Part shown: one piece after another, positions 48,609 through 57,561 of the stretch
Numbering within the stretch: the stretch's first letter is position 1
Layout of the letters: every line of letters begins with the position of its first letter
From: Minisyncoccota bacterium
GTDB lineage: Bacteria; Patescibacteriota; Minisyncoccia; Phycocordibacterales; CAJQIN01
DNA length: 64,000 bases
Reading direction: 5' to 3'
Assembly: GCA_905478465.1 (NCBI GenBank)
Contig: CAJQIN010000002.1
Location: 88,312-152,311 of the forward strand
Notes under the pieces: model-generated
Databases searched by the model: none
Told to the model about the DNA's origin: nothing
Seen by the model: only the letters and a program-made list of their open reading frames with translations
Translations under genes and position numbers: made by a program

Positions 48609-50834
48609 TTATTCCTCATCCTCTCTAACTCTCTTCTCTTCCGGAACATCATCTTCTGTCGGCGTACTAATTCCTTGTGTCTCAACCCATAAATTAACCG
48701 GATATTCCCAATAACGATACTGCGGATCTTCATTTGGATTTGTAGGAATTTCTGTATTCGGCTCATCTGCCGTTACCCAATGAAGAATTGAATGAATACC
48801 TCCTGTAAGAATTTCCCCAAGATTATTTGCTGAAGTATCTTCATCTGCCAAGCGCCCTGTCTGTGTATCTATTAGGTGTGATTCACCGCCGAGCCATTCA
48901 CCGCGTATTATTGGTTTGATTGTCTCTAGTGGATTTTCAATACTCTCCGGGTCTATAAAATCTTCTCCCGGAAGTGATGGAAGGACTGCATTCATAAACT
49001 CATTCCATAAAGGAGCGATAATAAATCCAGCTACCTTTTTCTCCATAGCTCTGTTGTCATTGTTTCCCGCCCAGGCACCAACTGCAATATTTGGAGTGTA
49101 TCCAACAATCCAAGCATCTCTGTAATCATTTGTCGTTCCTGTTTTCACCGCAACATCTCTTCCTGGAAAGTATAGGAATGATGCAGAGCCGAAAGCTGGA
49201 GTTCTGGCTACATTGTCTGCTAGGACATCAGAAATTTGTCTAGAAACATTTGTATCTAAAATTTGTTGACCACGAGGTTCGTATTTTTCTAAAATGTTTC
49301 CATTTGCATCTTGTACTTCAAGAATTGCCGTATAAGGAATGCGCACACCGTCATTTGCAAAGACACCATATGCACTTGTGACATCTAGAAGTCGCACCTC
49401 TCCACCTCCGAGAACAAGGGTAAGTCCATATCGTCCTATATCTGTCAGGGTAGAAACACCCATGTTTTTTGCTAACTGCAATGTGTCATTCATTCCTGCA
49501 AGGTAAAGTGTTTTAATTGCTGGAATGTTTACCGATTGTGCTAAAGCATCTCTCATAGACATTGGTCCATTGAAGACCCCGTCGTAGTTGGTAGGGGAAT
49601 AACACACATCATCTGTTTCAAGTTTTTGAGGAGAACAAGATGTAGAGAATTGTGTTCGAAGATCAAAAAGTATTGTGTCTGGAGTGTATCCTTTTGAAAA
49701 AGCTGTTGCATATGCAAAGGGTTTAAAAACAGATCCTGGTTGCCTGTTAGCAAGTGCAATATTGAAATTACCATCTATTTCTTCATCAAAGTAATCTCTA
49801 GAACCAACCATTGTTAGAATCTCTCCTGTATTTGGATCAATAGCAACAAGAGCTGCATTTTCTGCATTAAATTTCTCTGTATTTTCTAGCGCACGTCGCA
49901 ATACAATTTCCTCAGCTTTCTGTTGGTATTCATAATTCAAACTTGTACGTACGGTAAGTCCTTCGTTTAGAACAGTATCTTCTCCATATGTATTTGTCAG
50001 TAATTCTTTTACATAAATAACAAAGTGCGGAGCTTTAATTCCTGCTGTATCTTGTGAAAGAAAAACAACTTCTTCTTTTATTGCCAAATCATATTCTTCT
50101 TGAGAGATAAAATTATTTTCAAGCATCTTTGAAAGAACCAAATTTTTTCTAGTATCAAGTGCGTCAATATGATTTCCATAAGGAGAATAGTATGTAGGGG
50201 CTTGAGGGAGGGCAGCGATATAAGCTGATTCTGCCAAGGTTAGGTCTTGTGATTTTTTTCCAAAGAAACGAAGACTAGCCTCCTCGACACCATAAATACT
50301 TCCGCCATATGGATTTTCATTTAGGTAGATAGTTAGAATTTCTTCTTTTGTTAACTCTTGTTCAAGACGTATAGCCAAAACCCATTCTTTTAATTTTCTA
50401 GAAATAGTTTTTTCTCTTGTGAGGATTGAATTTTTCACAACCTGCTGGGTAATAGTCGAACCACCTTGCCCAAAATCAAGACTGCCGATATTGGCAAGAG
50501 CTGCGCGCAAGAAAGCTATGGGTCGAATACCAGAGTGAGAATAGAAAGTATCATCTTCAATAGCAATTGTTGCATTTTTTATATACACAGAAATTTCATC
50601 AAGAGGAACTATTGTTCTTTTTATATCTTGATATAGATCATATAAAAGAACCTCTCCTGTTCTATCATATATTTTTGTTGATTGAGTTACCTTTCGATCA
50701 TTAAATGAATCAAGGGTGGGAATTTGGAAGGTAGAAATCCATAAAGTAATGATTCCTGCTCCAAAAATACAGAGTGCAATACAAATACTGATAAGATTCT
50801 TAATAAGTTTTCGGTGTTTTTTTAGAAAAGTCAT
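48609..50834 (-). CDS. Class A penicillin-binding protein (PBP1A family)
   Basis: Transglycosylase EDDTF..H.G, GGSTITQQ, RKLKE; transpeptidase SVFK, SVN, KTG. Confidence 0.95.
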   Translation of the reverse strand: MTFLKKHRKLIKNLISICIALCIFGAGIITLWISTFQIPTLDSFNDRKVTQSTKIYDRTGEVLLYDLYQDIKRTIVPLDEISVYIKNATIAIEDDTFYSHSGIRPIAFLRAALANIGSLDFGQGGSTITQQVVKNSILTREKTISRKLKEWVLAIRLEQELTKEEILTIYLNENPYGGSIYGVEEASLRFFGKKSQDLTLAESAYIAALPQAPTYYSPYGNHIDALDTRKNLVLSKMLENNFISQEEYDLAIKEEVVFLSQDTAGIKAPHFVIYVKELLTNTYGEDTVLNEGLTVRTSLNYEYQQKAEEIVLRRALENTEKFNAENAALVAIDPNTGEILTMVGSRDYFDEEIDGNFNIALANRQPGSVFKPFAYATAFSKGYTPDTILFDLRTQFSTSCSPQKLETDDVCYSPTNYDGVFNGPMSMRDALAQSVNIPAIKTLYLAGMNDTLQLAKNMGVSTLTDIGRYGLTLVLGGGEVRLLDVTSAYGVFANDGVRIPYTAILEVQDANGNILEKYEPRGQQILDTNVSRQISDVLADNVARTPAFGSASFLYFPGRDVAVKTGTTNDYRDAWIVGYTPNIAVGAWAGNNDNRAMEKKVAGFIIAPLWNEFMNAVLPSLPGEDFIDPESIENPLETIKPIIRGEWLGGESHLIDTQTGRLADEDTSANNLGEILTGGIHSILHWVTADEPNTEIPTNPNEDPQYRYWEYPVNLWVETQGISTPTEDDVPEEKRVREDEE

Positions 50835-50875
50835 ACCTTTTAGTGTACACCAAAAAATGATAAAGTAGGATATAT

Positions 50876-52087
50876 ATGTCATTATTTTCATTTAAATCAA
50901 AACAAATAATCTCTACTGACAAACAAAAGATCCACGAAATTCTGACACGTGGTATTGAAGATGTTTTTGTAAAAGAGTCTCTGGAGAAGAAGCTCCTTTC
51001 TGGTAAACAACTACGAGTGAAGCTCGGTTTTGACCCCACAGGAGGTCGTATTCACATTGGTCGAGCTATCCTTCTCCGAAAATTAAAGGCTTTTCAGGAT
51101 TTAGGGCACAAAGTTGTCTTCATTGTGGGAGACTTTACCGCACAAATTGGTGACCCGTCAGACAAGATTGAAAAACGACCCATGCTCACCCGAGAGAAAA
51201 TTGAAGAAAATATCAAAGACTACAAACGCCAAGTGGGGAAGATTATCGATGTTTCAAAAGCAGAATTTCACTTTAACAGTACTTGGCTTTCAAAACTCGG
51301 TTTTCAAGAAATTGCAGAACTTGCTGAAACTTTTTCAGTACAACAAATGTCTTCTCGTCGAAACTTCAAAGATCGTTTCGAGAAAGGAGTCGAAGTATCA
51401 CTTCGAGAATTTTTATACCCCTTGATGCAAGGATATGATTCTGTGCAGGTAAAAGCTGATATTGAGATTGGTGGATTTGATCAACTATTTAATTTGAAAG
51501 CTGGAAGAATTATTCAGAAATACTACAAACAACCTGAGCAGGATGTTCTTACTATTCAAATGCTAGAAGGAACAGACGGAAGGAAGATGTCTACAAGTTG
51601 GGGAAACATCATCACCATCTTGGATACACCAGAAGAAATGTATGGAAAACTAATGTCTACAAAAGATGAGCTTCTTCCGCAGTATTTCCTTTTGTGTACT
51701 GATTTGTCTAAAGAAGAAATAACGAAAGCCCTTGATGGTGTACACCCCAAAGAAGCTAAGATGCATCTTGCGCGAGAGGTTGTGGCACTTTATCACCCAA
51801 GAGAGTCTGTACAAAAAGCTGAACAAGATTTTATAAAAACCTTTAGTAAAGGAGGTGTGCCAGAGAATACTCCAGAGGTAACAGTAGAAGCAGGAACAAA
51901 ACTTTCTGACATTTTGCTTGATGCAAAATTAGTTTCTTCCAAAACTGAATTCAAACGTCTTGCCGAAGAGGGTGGGGTAAAAAACATTGAAACCGAAAAA
52001 GCTCTTACCGATATTCATGAGGTGGTAACGGAATCCATAACACTGAAGATTGGGAAGAGAAGGTTTTTGAAAATAAATATAAAATAA
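50876..52087 (+). CDS. tyrS: Tyrosine--tRNA ligase
   Basis: GFDPT, HIGR (HIGH variant), YPLMQGYD, KMSTS, S4-like C-terminus. Confidence 0.97.
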   Translation: MSLFSFKSKQIISTDKQKIHEILTRGIEDVFVKESLEKKLLSGKQLRVKLGFDPTGGRIHIGRAILLRKLKAFQDLGHKVVFIVGDFTAQIGDPSDKIEKRPMLTREKIEENIKDYKRQVGKIIDVSKAEFHFNSTWLSKLGFQEIAELAETFSVQQMSSRRNFKDRFEKGVEVSLREFLYPLMQGYDSVQVKADIEIGGFDQLFNLKAGRIIQKYYKQPEQDVLTIQMLEGTDGRKMSTSWGNIITILDTPEEMYGKLMSTKDELLPQYFLLCTDLSKEEITKALDGVHPKEAKMHLAREVVALYHPRESVQKAEQDFIKTFSKGGVPENTPEVTVEAGTKLSDILLDAKLVSSKTEFKRLAEEGGVKNIETEKALTDIHEVVTESITLKIGKRRFLKINIK

Positions 52088-52115
52088 AAAATACCAGTAT
52101 AAATACTGGTATTTT

Positions 52116-52241
52116 TTATAAATCATCCTCCTCATCAAGATCATAATCGTCTGGATCAAAAACGTCACCATCGTCCTCGTCTTCGATATGAAATCCATCA
52201 GTTAGATCATCGTCATCAATATGTAATTCGTCGCTGTTCAT
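52116..52241 (-). CDS. Highly acidic 41-aa microprotein (missing from the ORF track)
   Basis: Manual translation MNSDELHIDDDDLTDGFHIEDEDDGDVFDPDDYDLDEEDDL; stop abuts a bidirectional terminator (52086-52117). Confidence 0.65.
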   Translation of the reverse strand: MNSDELHIDDDDLTDGFHIEDEDDGDVFDPDDYDLDEEDDL

Positions 52242-52347
52242 ACGTGATAAATAAAATATTAAATTTACTTATCCATATTTGTATCAAATCAGATTTTTTT
52301 TGCAATATGATTTTATAGAGAAAAACTGGGGATAAATGATGTCTCTG

Positions 52348-52830
52348 TTAAGAGTTTTCTATGAAGCGAGTAGCCTCACAAGTTAACCCTATAGCAATAG
52401 CATCATACTCATCATCATGTTTGATTTCTTTTGAAATGGTAATGATTTTAGGAATCATTTTAATGATTTGAACTTTAGTACTTCTCCCATGTCCCGTGAC
52501 CGCAATTTTAATCTCTGCAGGGCTAAATTCTCTAATAATAAGATTGGCACAGGATGCTTCATATAGAATAACTCCACGCGCTTCAGCTACGGCGAGAGCT
52601 GTTTTCGCATTACTTCCCCAAAATAGTTTTTCAATTGCTAGTACTTCTGGTTTGTATTTTTTGATAACTTTCTGTAATTCTTGCCCAAGAGCTTTTAACC
52701 TCTCTCCATGAGAGAGTTCTTTAGATGTTTCAAAACAGTCTGAATATAAAAGAGAAGTATTCTCGAGTACTGCAATACCAAGACGTCCATATCCTGGATC
52801 AATGGCTAGAATTTTTGTATTAGACAGCAT
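52348..52830 (-). CDS. ruvC: Holliday junction resolvase
   Basis: ILAIDPG, AIEKLF, EARGV, DDEYDAIA. Confidence 0.95.
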   Translation of the reverse strand: MLSNTKILAIDPGYGRLGIAVLENTSLLYSDCFETSKELSHGERLKALGQELQKVIKKYKPEVLAIEKLFWGSNAKTALAVAEARGVILYEASCANLIIREFSPAEIKIAVTGHGRSTKVQIIKMIPKIITISKEIKHDDEYDAIAIGLTCEATRFIENS

Positions 52831-53350
52831 TGGTATAGGTTTCCTGGACATCGTCATTGTCTTCAAGTTCCTCGAGTACTTTGCTAAGTTTCTCTCCGTC
52901 AATTTCAGAAATCTCTACTGTTGTAGTTGCTGTCCATTCTCCATGTTCGTGTACAAATGCCCATGTGGCAGAACCACTTTGCGCAAGTTCAAGTCCGTTT
53001 TTTGAAAGAATATGTCGTATTTCTGCTGCTGTACGGTTATTGTTGTCGGTAAGACCTTCTATAATAATAGCCACACCTCCTGGACCATACGCTTCGTATG
53101 TTACTGGATTCATAGCAGCTCCTGTATCACTAGAAGCTTTTTTGACAGCTCGTTCAATGTTCTCACTAGGGAGGTTCATTTTTCGAGCTTTTTCAATAGC
53201 TGCTTTAAGACTAGGAGATTCCATGTTTCCACCAGCTTTCTTGGCTTCTACTGTAATGAGTCGATTTAATTTTGTGAATACTTTACTTCGAGCTTGGTCA
53301 GTAGCAGCTTTTTTGTGTTTGATCTTTGACCATTTATTGTGTCCTGACAT
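52820..53350 (-). CDS. yebC: YebC/PmpR-family protein (short 176-aa form)
   Basis: MSGHNKWSKIKHKK, YEAYGPGG, TDNNNRT. Confidence 0.95.
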   Translation of the reverse strand: MSGHNKWSKIKHKKAATDQARSKVFTKLNRLITVEAKKAGGNMESPSLKAAIEKARKMNLPSENIERAVKKASSDTGAAMNPVTYEAYGPGGVAIIIEGLTDNNNRTAAEIRHILSKNGLELAQSGSATWAFVHEHGEWTATTTVEISEIDGEKLSKVLEELEDNDDVQETYTNAV

Positions 53351-53412
53351 ATAAATATAAAATTATCAGTAGTAATGTTTGTAAGATTATCTTAATTACA
53401 GAAAACAGACAA

Positions 53413-54405
53413 CTAGTAGTTTTCTATATGTTGCCGGCCTTTTTCTGTAATCTTTCTTCCTCTAGGGGTTCTTTCTAGAAAACCAATTTGTATTAAATAG
53501 GGTTCATTAAACTCTGCAAGAGTTCCTTCATCTTCAGATAAAGAAACTGCTAGGGTATTGAGTCCAACTGGACCACCTTGAAACTTTTCTATAAGTGCAG
53601 AAAGAAGATCTCTGTCTGCGGTAGAGAGACCGAGAGGGTCTATACCAAGAAGATTTAAAGATTCTATAACTGTATGCAAGTCTACAGAATCTTTTTTATT
53701 CACTTGTGCATAGTCACGACATCTTTTGAGAAAATGGTTTGCTGTACGTGGTGTGTATCTACTTCTACGAGCAATTTCCACAAGAGCATCTTTATCTATT
53801 GAAATACCAAGTATCCCAGCTGACTTCTGTACGATTTGTTGAATTTCTTCCTCTGTATAAAATACCATTCGATGTACACCTCCTGAAAAACGAGAGCGAA
53901 GTGGGGAAGAAAGAAGTGAAATTCTGGTGGTGGCACCTATAAGTGTGAAAGGAGGGAGGTCTAATTGGATACTTCGGGCCGATGGACCCTTTCCAATTAT
54001 GATGTCTAGAGAGCCAGATTCCATAGCGGGGTAGAGGAGCTCCTCTACTGCTTTATTGAGTCTGTGAATCTCGTCTATGAACAGGATATCCCCAGGTGTC
54101 AGATTGGTCAAAACAGAGGCAAGATCACCTACTTTTTCAATAGCTGGCCCTGAAGTCACTTTCATCTGCACATCGAGCTCATGAGATATCAAATGGGCTA
54201 AAGTTGTTTTTCCTAGCCCTGGTGGACCATAAAAGAGTAAATGCTCTGGAGGATGTTCTCTCTCTTTGGCAGCTCTAAGAAGGATATCGAGGTTCTGTTT
54301 TATCGATGTTTGTCCAATATAATTCTCCCATGTTTTGGGTCGAAGCATCTTATCGAGGAATTGACCCTCTGGACGCTCTGTGGTATCTTTTTCTTTCGTC
54401 TGCAT
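53413..54405 (-). CDS. ruvB: Holliday junction branch-migration helicase
   Basis: LRP, GPPGLGKTTLA, FIDEIHRL, GGPVG, RTPRGR. Confidence 0.97.
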   Translation of the reverse strand: MQTKEKDTTERPEGQFLDKMLRPKTWENYIGQTSIKQNLDILLRAAKEREHPPEHLLFYGPPGLGKTTLAHLISHELDVQMKVTSGPAIEKVGDLASVLTNLTPGDILFIDEIHRLNKAVEELLYPAMESGSLDIIIGKGPSARSIQLDLPPFTLIGATTRISLLSSPLRSRFSGGVHRMVFYTEEEIQQIVQKSAGILGISIDKDALVEIARRSRYTPRTANHFLKRCRDYAQVNKKDSVDLHTVIESLNLLGIDPLGLSTADRDLLSALIEKFQGGPVGLNTLAVSLSEDEGTLAEFNEPYLIQIGFLERTPRGRKITEKGRQHIENY

Positions 54406-54462
54406 AGTATTGTATATATCTTAGCACGAACGAGTGACAGGAGTGTATAAGCAAAAAAGAGC

Positions 54463-54491
54463 TTGACAAATCTGAAACCCTATGTTAGTAT
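54463..54491 (+). promoter_or_regulatory. Near-consensus sigma70 promoter with no downstream ORF
   Basis: TTGACA-17 nt-TAGTAT with extended -10 TG. Confidence 0.75.
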
Positions 54492-54563
54492 ATACACATC
54501 TTCAATACAGGAAGATATAAGAGAGTCTTAAGTATTTCTAGACTCTTTTTCTATCACTGATCT

Positions 54564-54739
54564 TTTTATCGAAAACATAAACCTCTAAGCAACGTGGTCT
54601 TTTGATCTCCTAGTCTTATGCCGAGGATAGTCTGGTACGTATTCTTGTAATACGTGGCTGAACTTCTCCTTAGATGTAAGATTTAACTTTTAGTACGCTT
54701 ATTAAAAGTGTTGCTTCGAGGTTTAAGTCTTGGATAAAA
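54564..54739 (+). ncRNA. Probable 6S RNA (ssrS-like)
   Basis: ~176-nt rod: closing stem TAAACCTC/GAGGTTTA plus AAGCAAC/GTTGCTT, central bubble with a 3' hairpin, inner stems GTCTTAT/GTAAGAT, GAGGA/TCCTT, ACGTATT/AATACGT; own promoter and terminator. Confidence 0.6.
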
Positions 54740-54760
54740 CCTCAATACGCCTAATTATTC

Positions 54761-54796
54761 ATAATCCCCTTGCATACGCAAGGGGATTATTTGTTT
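54761..54796. terminator. Terminator between the ncRNA and convergent pilB
   Basis: ATAATCCCCTTGC-ATAC-GCAAGGGGATTAT-TTGTTT. Confidence 0.85.
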
Positions 54797-54837
54797 GAAC
54801 ACAAGTTGAGATGTTAGTAAAATATTTTTTTTATTTT

Positions 54838-56511
54838 TTATTCATCCAAATCAAGAACTCTTCGTATTTCTTCTAGTGTAGTAACACCATTTAAAACTTT
54901 TATTATTCCATCTTGTTGCATAGTGAGGATTCCTTGACCCTCGGCGGCTTTCCAAATATCTCTTTCTCCAGGATTGTCTTGTAGTGCTGTTTCTATTTTT
55001 TCATCAGTTAATATTCCTTCGAAGACACCAATTCTGCCTTTATACCCATTAGATATTTCTCCTTCTGGTATTTCTGGTACCCACATTTTATCCGTCTGTA
55101 CTCCTTCTAAATATGTTTTGTCTACAATGCTGTCAAGAATTCTCAGGATAGTTTCTCGGTCTTTCCCTTCAAGGGGTATTTCTTTTTTAAACTGAGGATC
55201 AATCTTCCTAACAAGACGTTGAGCCAAAGCTAGGTTGATTGCTGAGGTGATGACTTTTGCATTTACACCAAGATCGATAAGGCGTGGAAATGTTCCTGCT
55301 GCATTGTTGGTGTGAAGGGTAGAGAATACAAGGTGACCGGTAAGAGCAGCGTTCACTGCAATCTCTGCTGTCTCTGTGTCTCGAATTTCACCGACCATGA
55401 TCACATCAGGGTCTTGTCTAAGTGCTGCTCGAAGACCAGACAGGAAAGTGTATCCTTGTTTTGTATTTGTTTGTGTCTGAACAATTCCATCGAGATGGTA
55501 TTCAATTGGGTTTTCAATGGTAAGAATTTTTGTTTCTGTTGAATAGATTTTTTTCAATATGGAATAAAGTGTAGTTGTCTTTCCTGAACCTGTCGGACCT
55601 GTGGTTAAGACCATTCCATTAGGTTTCTTTATTTCATGTTCAATGATTTTGAACAGTCTTTCATTAATACCCATGTCTTCCAATGGAACATTGATGGATT
55701 TTGGATTAAGAACACGAAGCACTACGGATTCATTGTATGCTCCAGGAAGTACTGATGTACGAATTTCGATATCTGTATCAGAAAGACGAATAGTGAATCT
55801 TCCATCTTGAGCTGCTTTCTTCAGGTTAAGCTTCAGGCCTGAAAGAAGTTTGATACGAGATAATAGAAGTTGGTATGTATCATTGTCGAGTTGGGCAATA
55901 TCAACAAGTACACCATCTAAACGGTACCTCAAGCGCACATCATCTTTTTCTGGTTCAGTATGAAGGTCAGATGCTTTTGTTGAGAGTGCTCCAGCAACAA
56001 TAATTTCCAAAATTCTAGAAACACGATATCGACGTTCCATATGCAACGTTTCCTCGATCATATTTTTTATATCCAAAAGAGAATGTTCTTCTTTTAGGAA
56101 AATTTGAATTTGGTCACTAGAAATATCGAGTCCTCCCGCTGTCTCAAAAGAAAGAGACAGGTCTTTGTAGCGACTCCAGGCTTTATGAAGGCTTGCTGTA
56201 GATACCATGAACAAGATTGGTTCAAATCCTTTCTCTTTTATTTTTTCAATAGCCTGAATCGTCTTTTGACTATGTGGAGCAAGAACACCAATTTGAATTT
56301 TTTTATCGATCCGATTAAAAGGAGCAACATTTGCTGCTTTTGCATCTTCTTCTGTGATGGCTCGTAGTGCATCTTGATTTATTGGAACAGGGCCGAGGTC
56401 TAGATAGGGAATACCGTATTTAGAAGATAGAATTTGAACAGAGTCTTCCTCTTCTTTTTTTCGAAGTTCATCAAGATCTCTATTTTGTTTTTCTTCATTA
56501 AATTCAATCAT
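54838..56511 (-). CDS. PilB/GspE-family pilus assembly ATPase
   Basis: ASDLH.EP, QDGRF, GPTGSGKTT, LRQDPD..MVGEIRD, TGHLV.STLH. Confidence 0.93.
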   Translation of the reverse strand: MIEFNEEKQNRDLDELRKKEEEDSVQILSSKYGIPYLDLGPVPINQDALRAITEEDAKAANVAPFNRIDKKIQIGVLAPHSQKTIQAIEKIKEKGFEPILFMVSTASLHKAWSRYKDLSLSFETAGGLDISSDQIQIFLKEEHSLLDIKNMIEETLHMERRYRVSRILEIIVAGALSTKASDLHTEPEKDDVRLRYRLDGVLVDIAQLDNDTYQLLLSRIKLLSGLKLNLKKAAQDGRFTIRLSDTDIEIRTSVLPGAYNESVVLRVLNPKSINVPLEDMGINERLFKIIEHEIKKPNGMVLTTGPTGSGKTTTLYSILKKIYSTETKILTIENPIEYHLDGIVQTQTNTKQGYTFLSGLRAALRQDPDVIMVGEIRDTETAEIAVNAALTGHLVFSTLHTNNAAGTFPRLIDLGVNAKVITSAINLALAQRLVRKIDPQFKKEIPLEGKDRETILRILDSIVDKTYLEGVQTDKMWVPEIPEGEISNGYKGRIGVFEGILTDEKIETALQDNPGERDIWKAAEGQGILTMQQDGIIKVLNGVTTLEEIRRVLDLDE

Positions 56512-56598
56512 TTCAAATAATCATATCACAATCATGTATGAAAAAACCGCCAACAACACAATGAAGTGTTGCTGACGGCTGTGGGGGGCGTTTGTTTG

Positions 56599-57006
56599 TT
56601 ACCGACTTCGGACTCCAATTTGGAATCCGAAATCATTTGTTTTAACCCCAATACGCACCGAGGTACCCGAGGGTCGTGGGACGGAATAACATCCGTTTCG
56701 ACGAGGTTCGCAGTCTTGTTTAGTCTGATGAGAGAATCCTGTTCTTCCAGAATACCCTGTCCTCGCTACCGGATGTGTACTGGTTTGTGTCTGAATTTTT
56801 TCAGACACAAGATTACCACAGGAATCATACACACGCCTGACGTGTGTTTCCGTGCGTACTCGGGTGACTTTTTGGGTTTTTCCGAAGGTGCTTTCTACGT
56901 ACTGACGGTCCTGCCGCCACTCTCTCCCGTAGTTATCCGCCTGAACAGCGGAAACAAGGCTAAAAACAAACAAAATTGTAAGGAACGATAATGACTTAGT
57001 GAGCAT
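56599..57006 (-). CDS. Secreted hypothetical orphan protein (Arg/Gly-rich, higher GC)
   Basis: Signal peptide ending VQA; AAGGAG SD; TTGACT...TAGTAT promoter. Confidence 0.6.
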   Translation of the reverse strand: MLTKSLSFLTILFVFSLVSAVQADNYGREWRQDRQYVESTFGKTQKVTRVRTETHVRRVYDSCGNLVSEKIQTQTSTHPVARTGYSGRTGFSHQTKQDCEPRRNGCYSVPRPSGTSVRIGVKTNDFGFQIGVRSR

Positions 57007-57114
57007 AGTAATGCTCCTTTCGTGTTTAGAGTTAGTCTTTAAGTCTGTATTAATACTATCACCTTTCTTGATAAAAGTCAATAGCTCATTCATGATACAA
57101 TATACCCACTACAT

Positions 57115-57561
57115 ATGGAAGAAAAAACACTAAAAACCCTTTATTCACAAGCTGAAATGCAAAAAGAGTCTGAGAATTTCCTGAAAACCCTCATGCAGAA
57201 AGAGGGTGCTACCGTACTTGGATTGAAAGGAGATTTAGGGGCCGGAAAAACCACATTTACCCAGTCACTGGCTCGAGCATGTGGCATTACCGAAACACTA
57301 ACCAGCCCTACTTTTGTTATTCAGAAAACATATAAGATTCCACAACCAGCAACTTTCTCATCTCTCATCCATATAGATGCATACCGCCTTGAATCATCTG
57401 ACGAACTTTTGCATCTTGGTTTTCAAGAATTATTACAAGATCCAAATAATTTAATTTGTATTGAGTGGCCAGAGAATGTAACAGAAGCCCTTCCTGAAGA
57501 TATAAAATACTTGTCTTTCTCTTTTATTAATGAAAAAACACGAACCCTGAGCTATGAATAA
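57115..57561 (+). CDS. tsaE: tRNA t6A biosynthesis ATPase
   Basis: GDLGAGKTTF, SPTF, HIDAYRL, IEWP. Confidence 0.96.
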   Translation: MEEKTLKTLYSQAEMQKESENFLKTLMQKEGATVLGLKGDLGAGKTTFTQSLARACGITETLTSPTFVIQKTYKIPQPATFSSLIHIDAYRLESSDELLHLGFQELLQDPNNLICIEWPENVTEALPEDIKYLSFSFINEKTRTLSYE

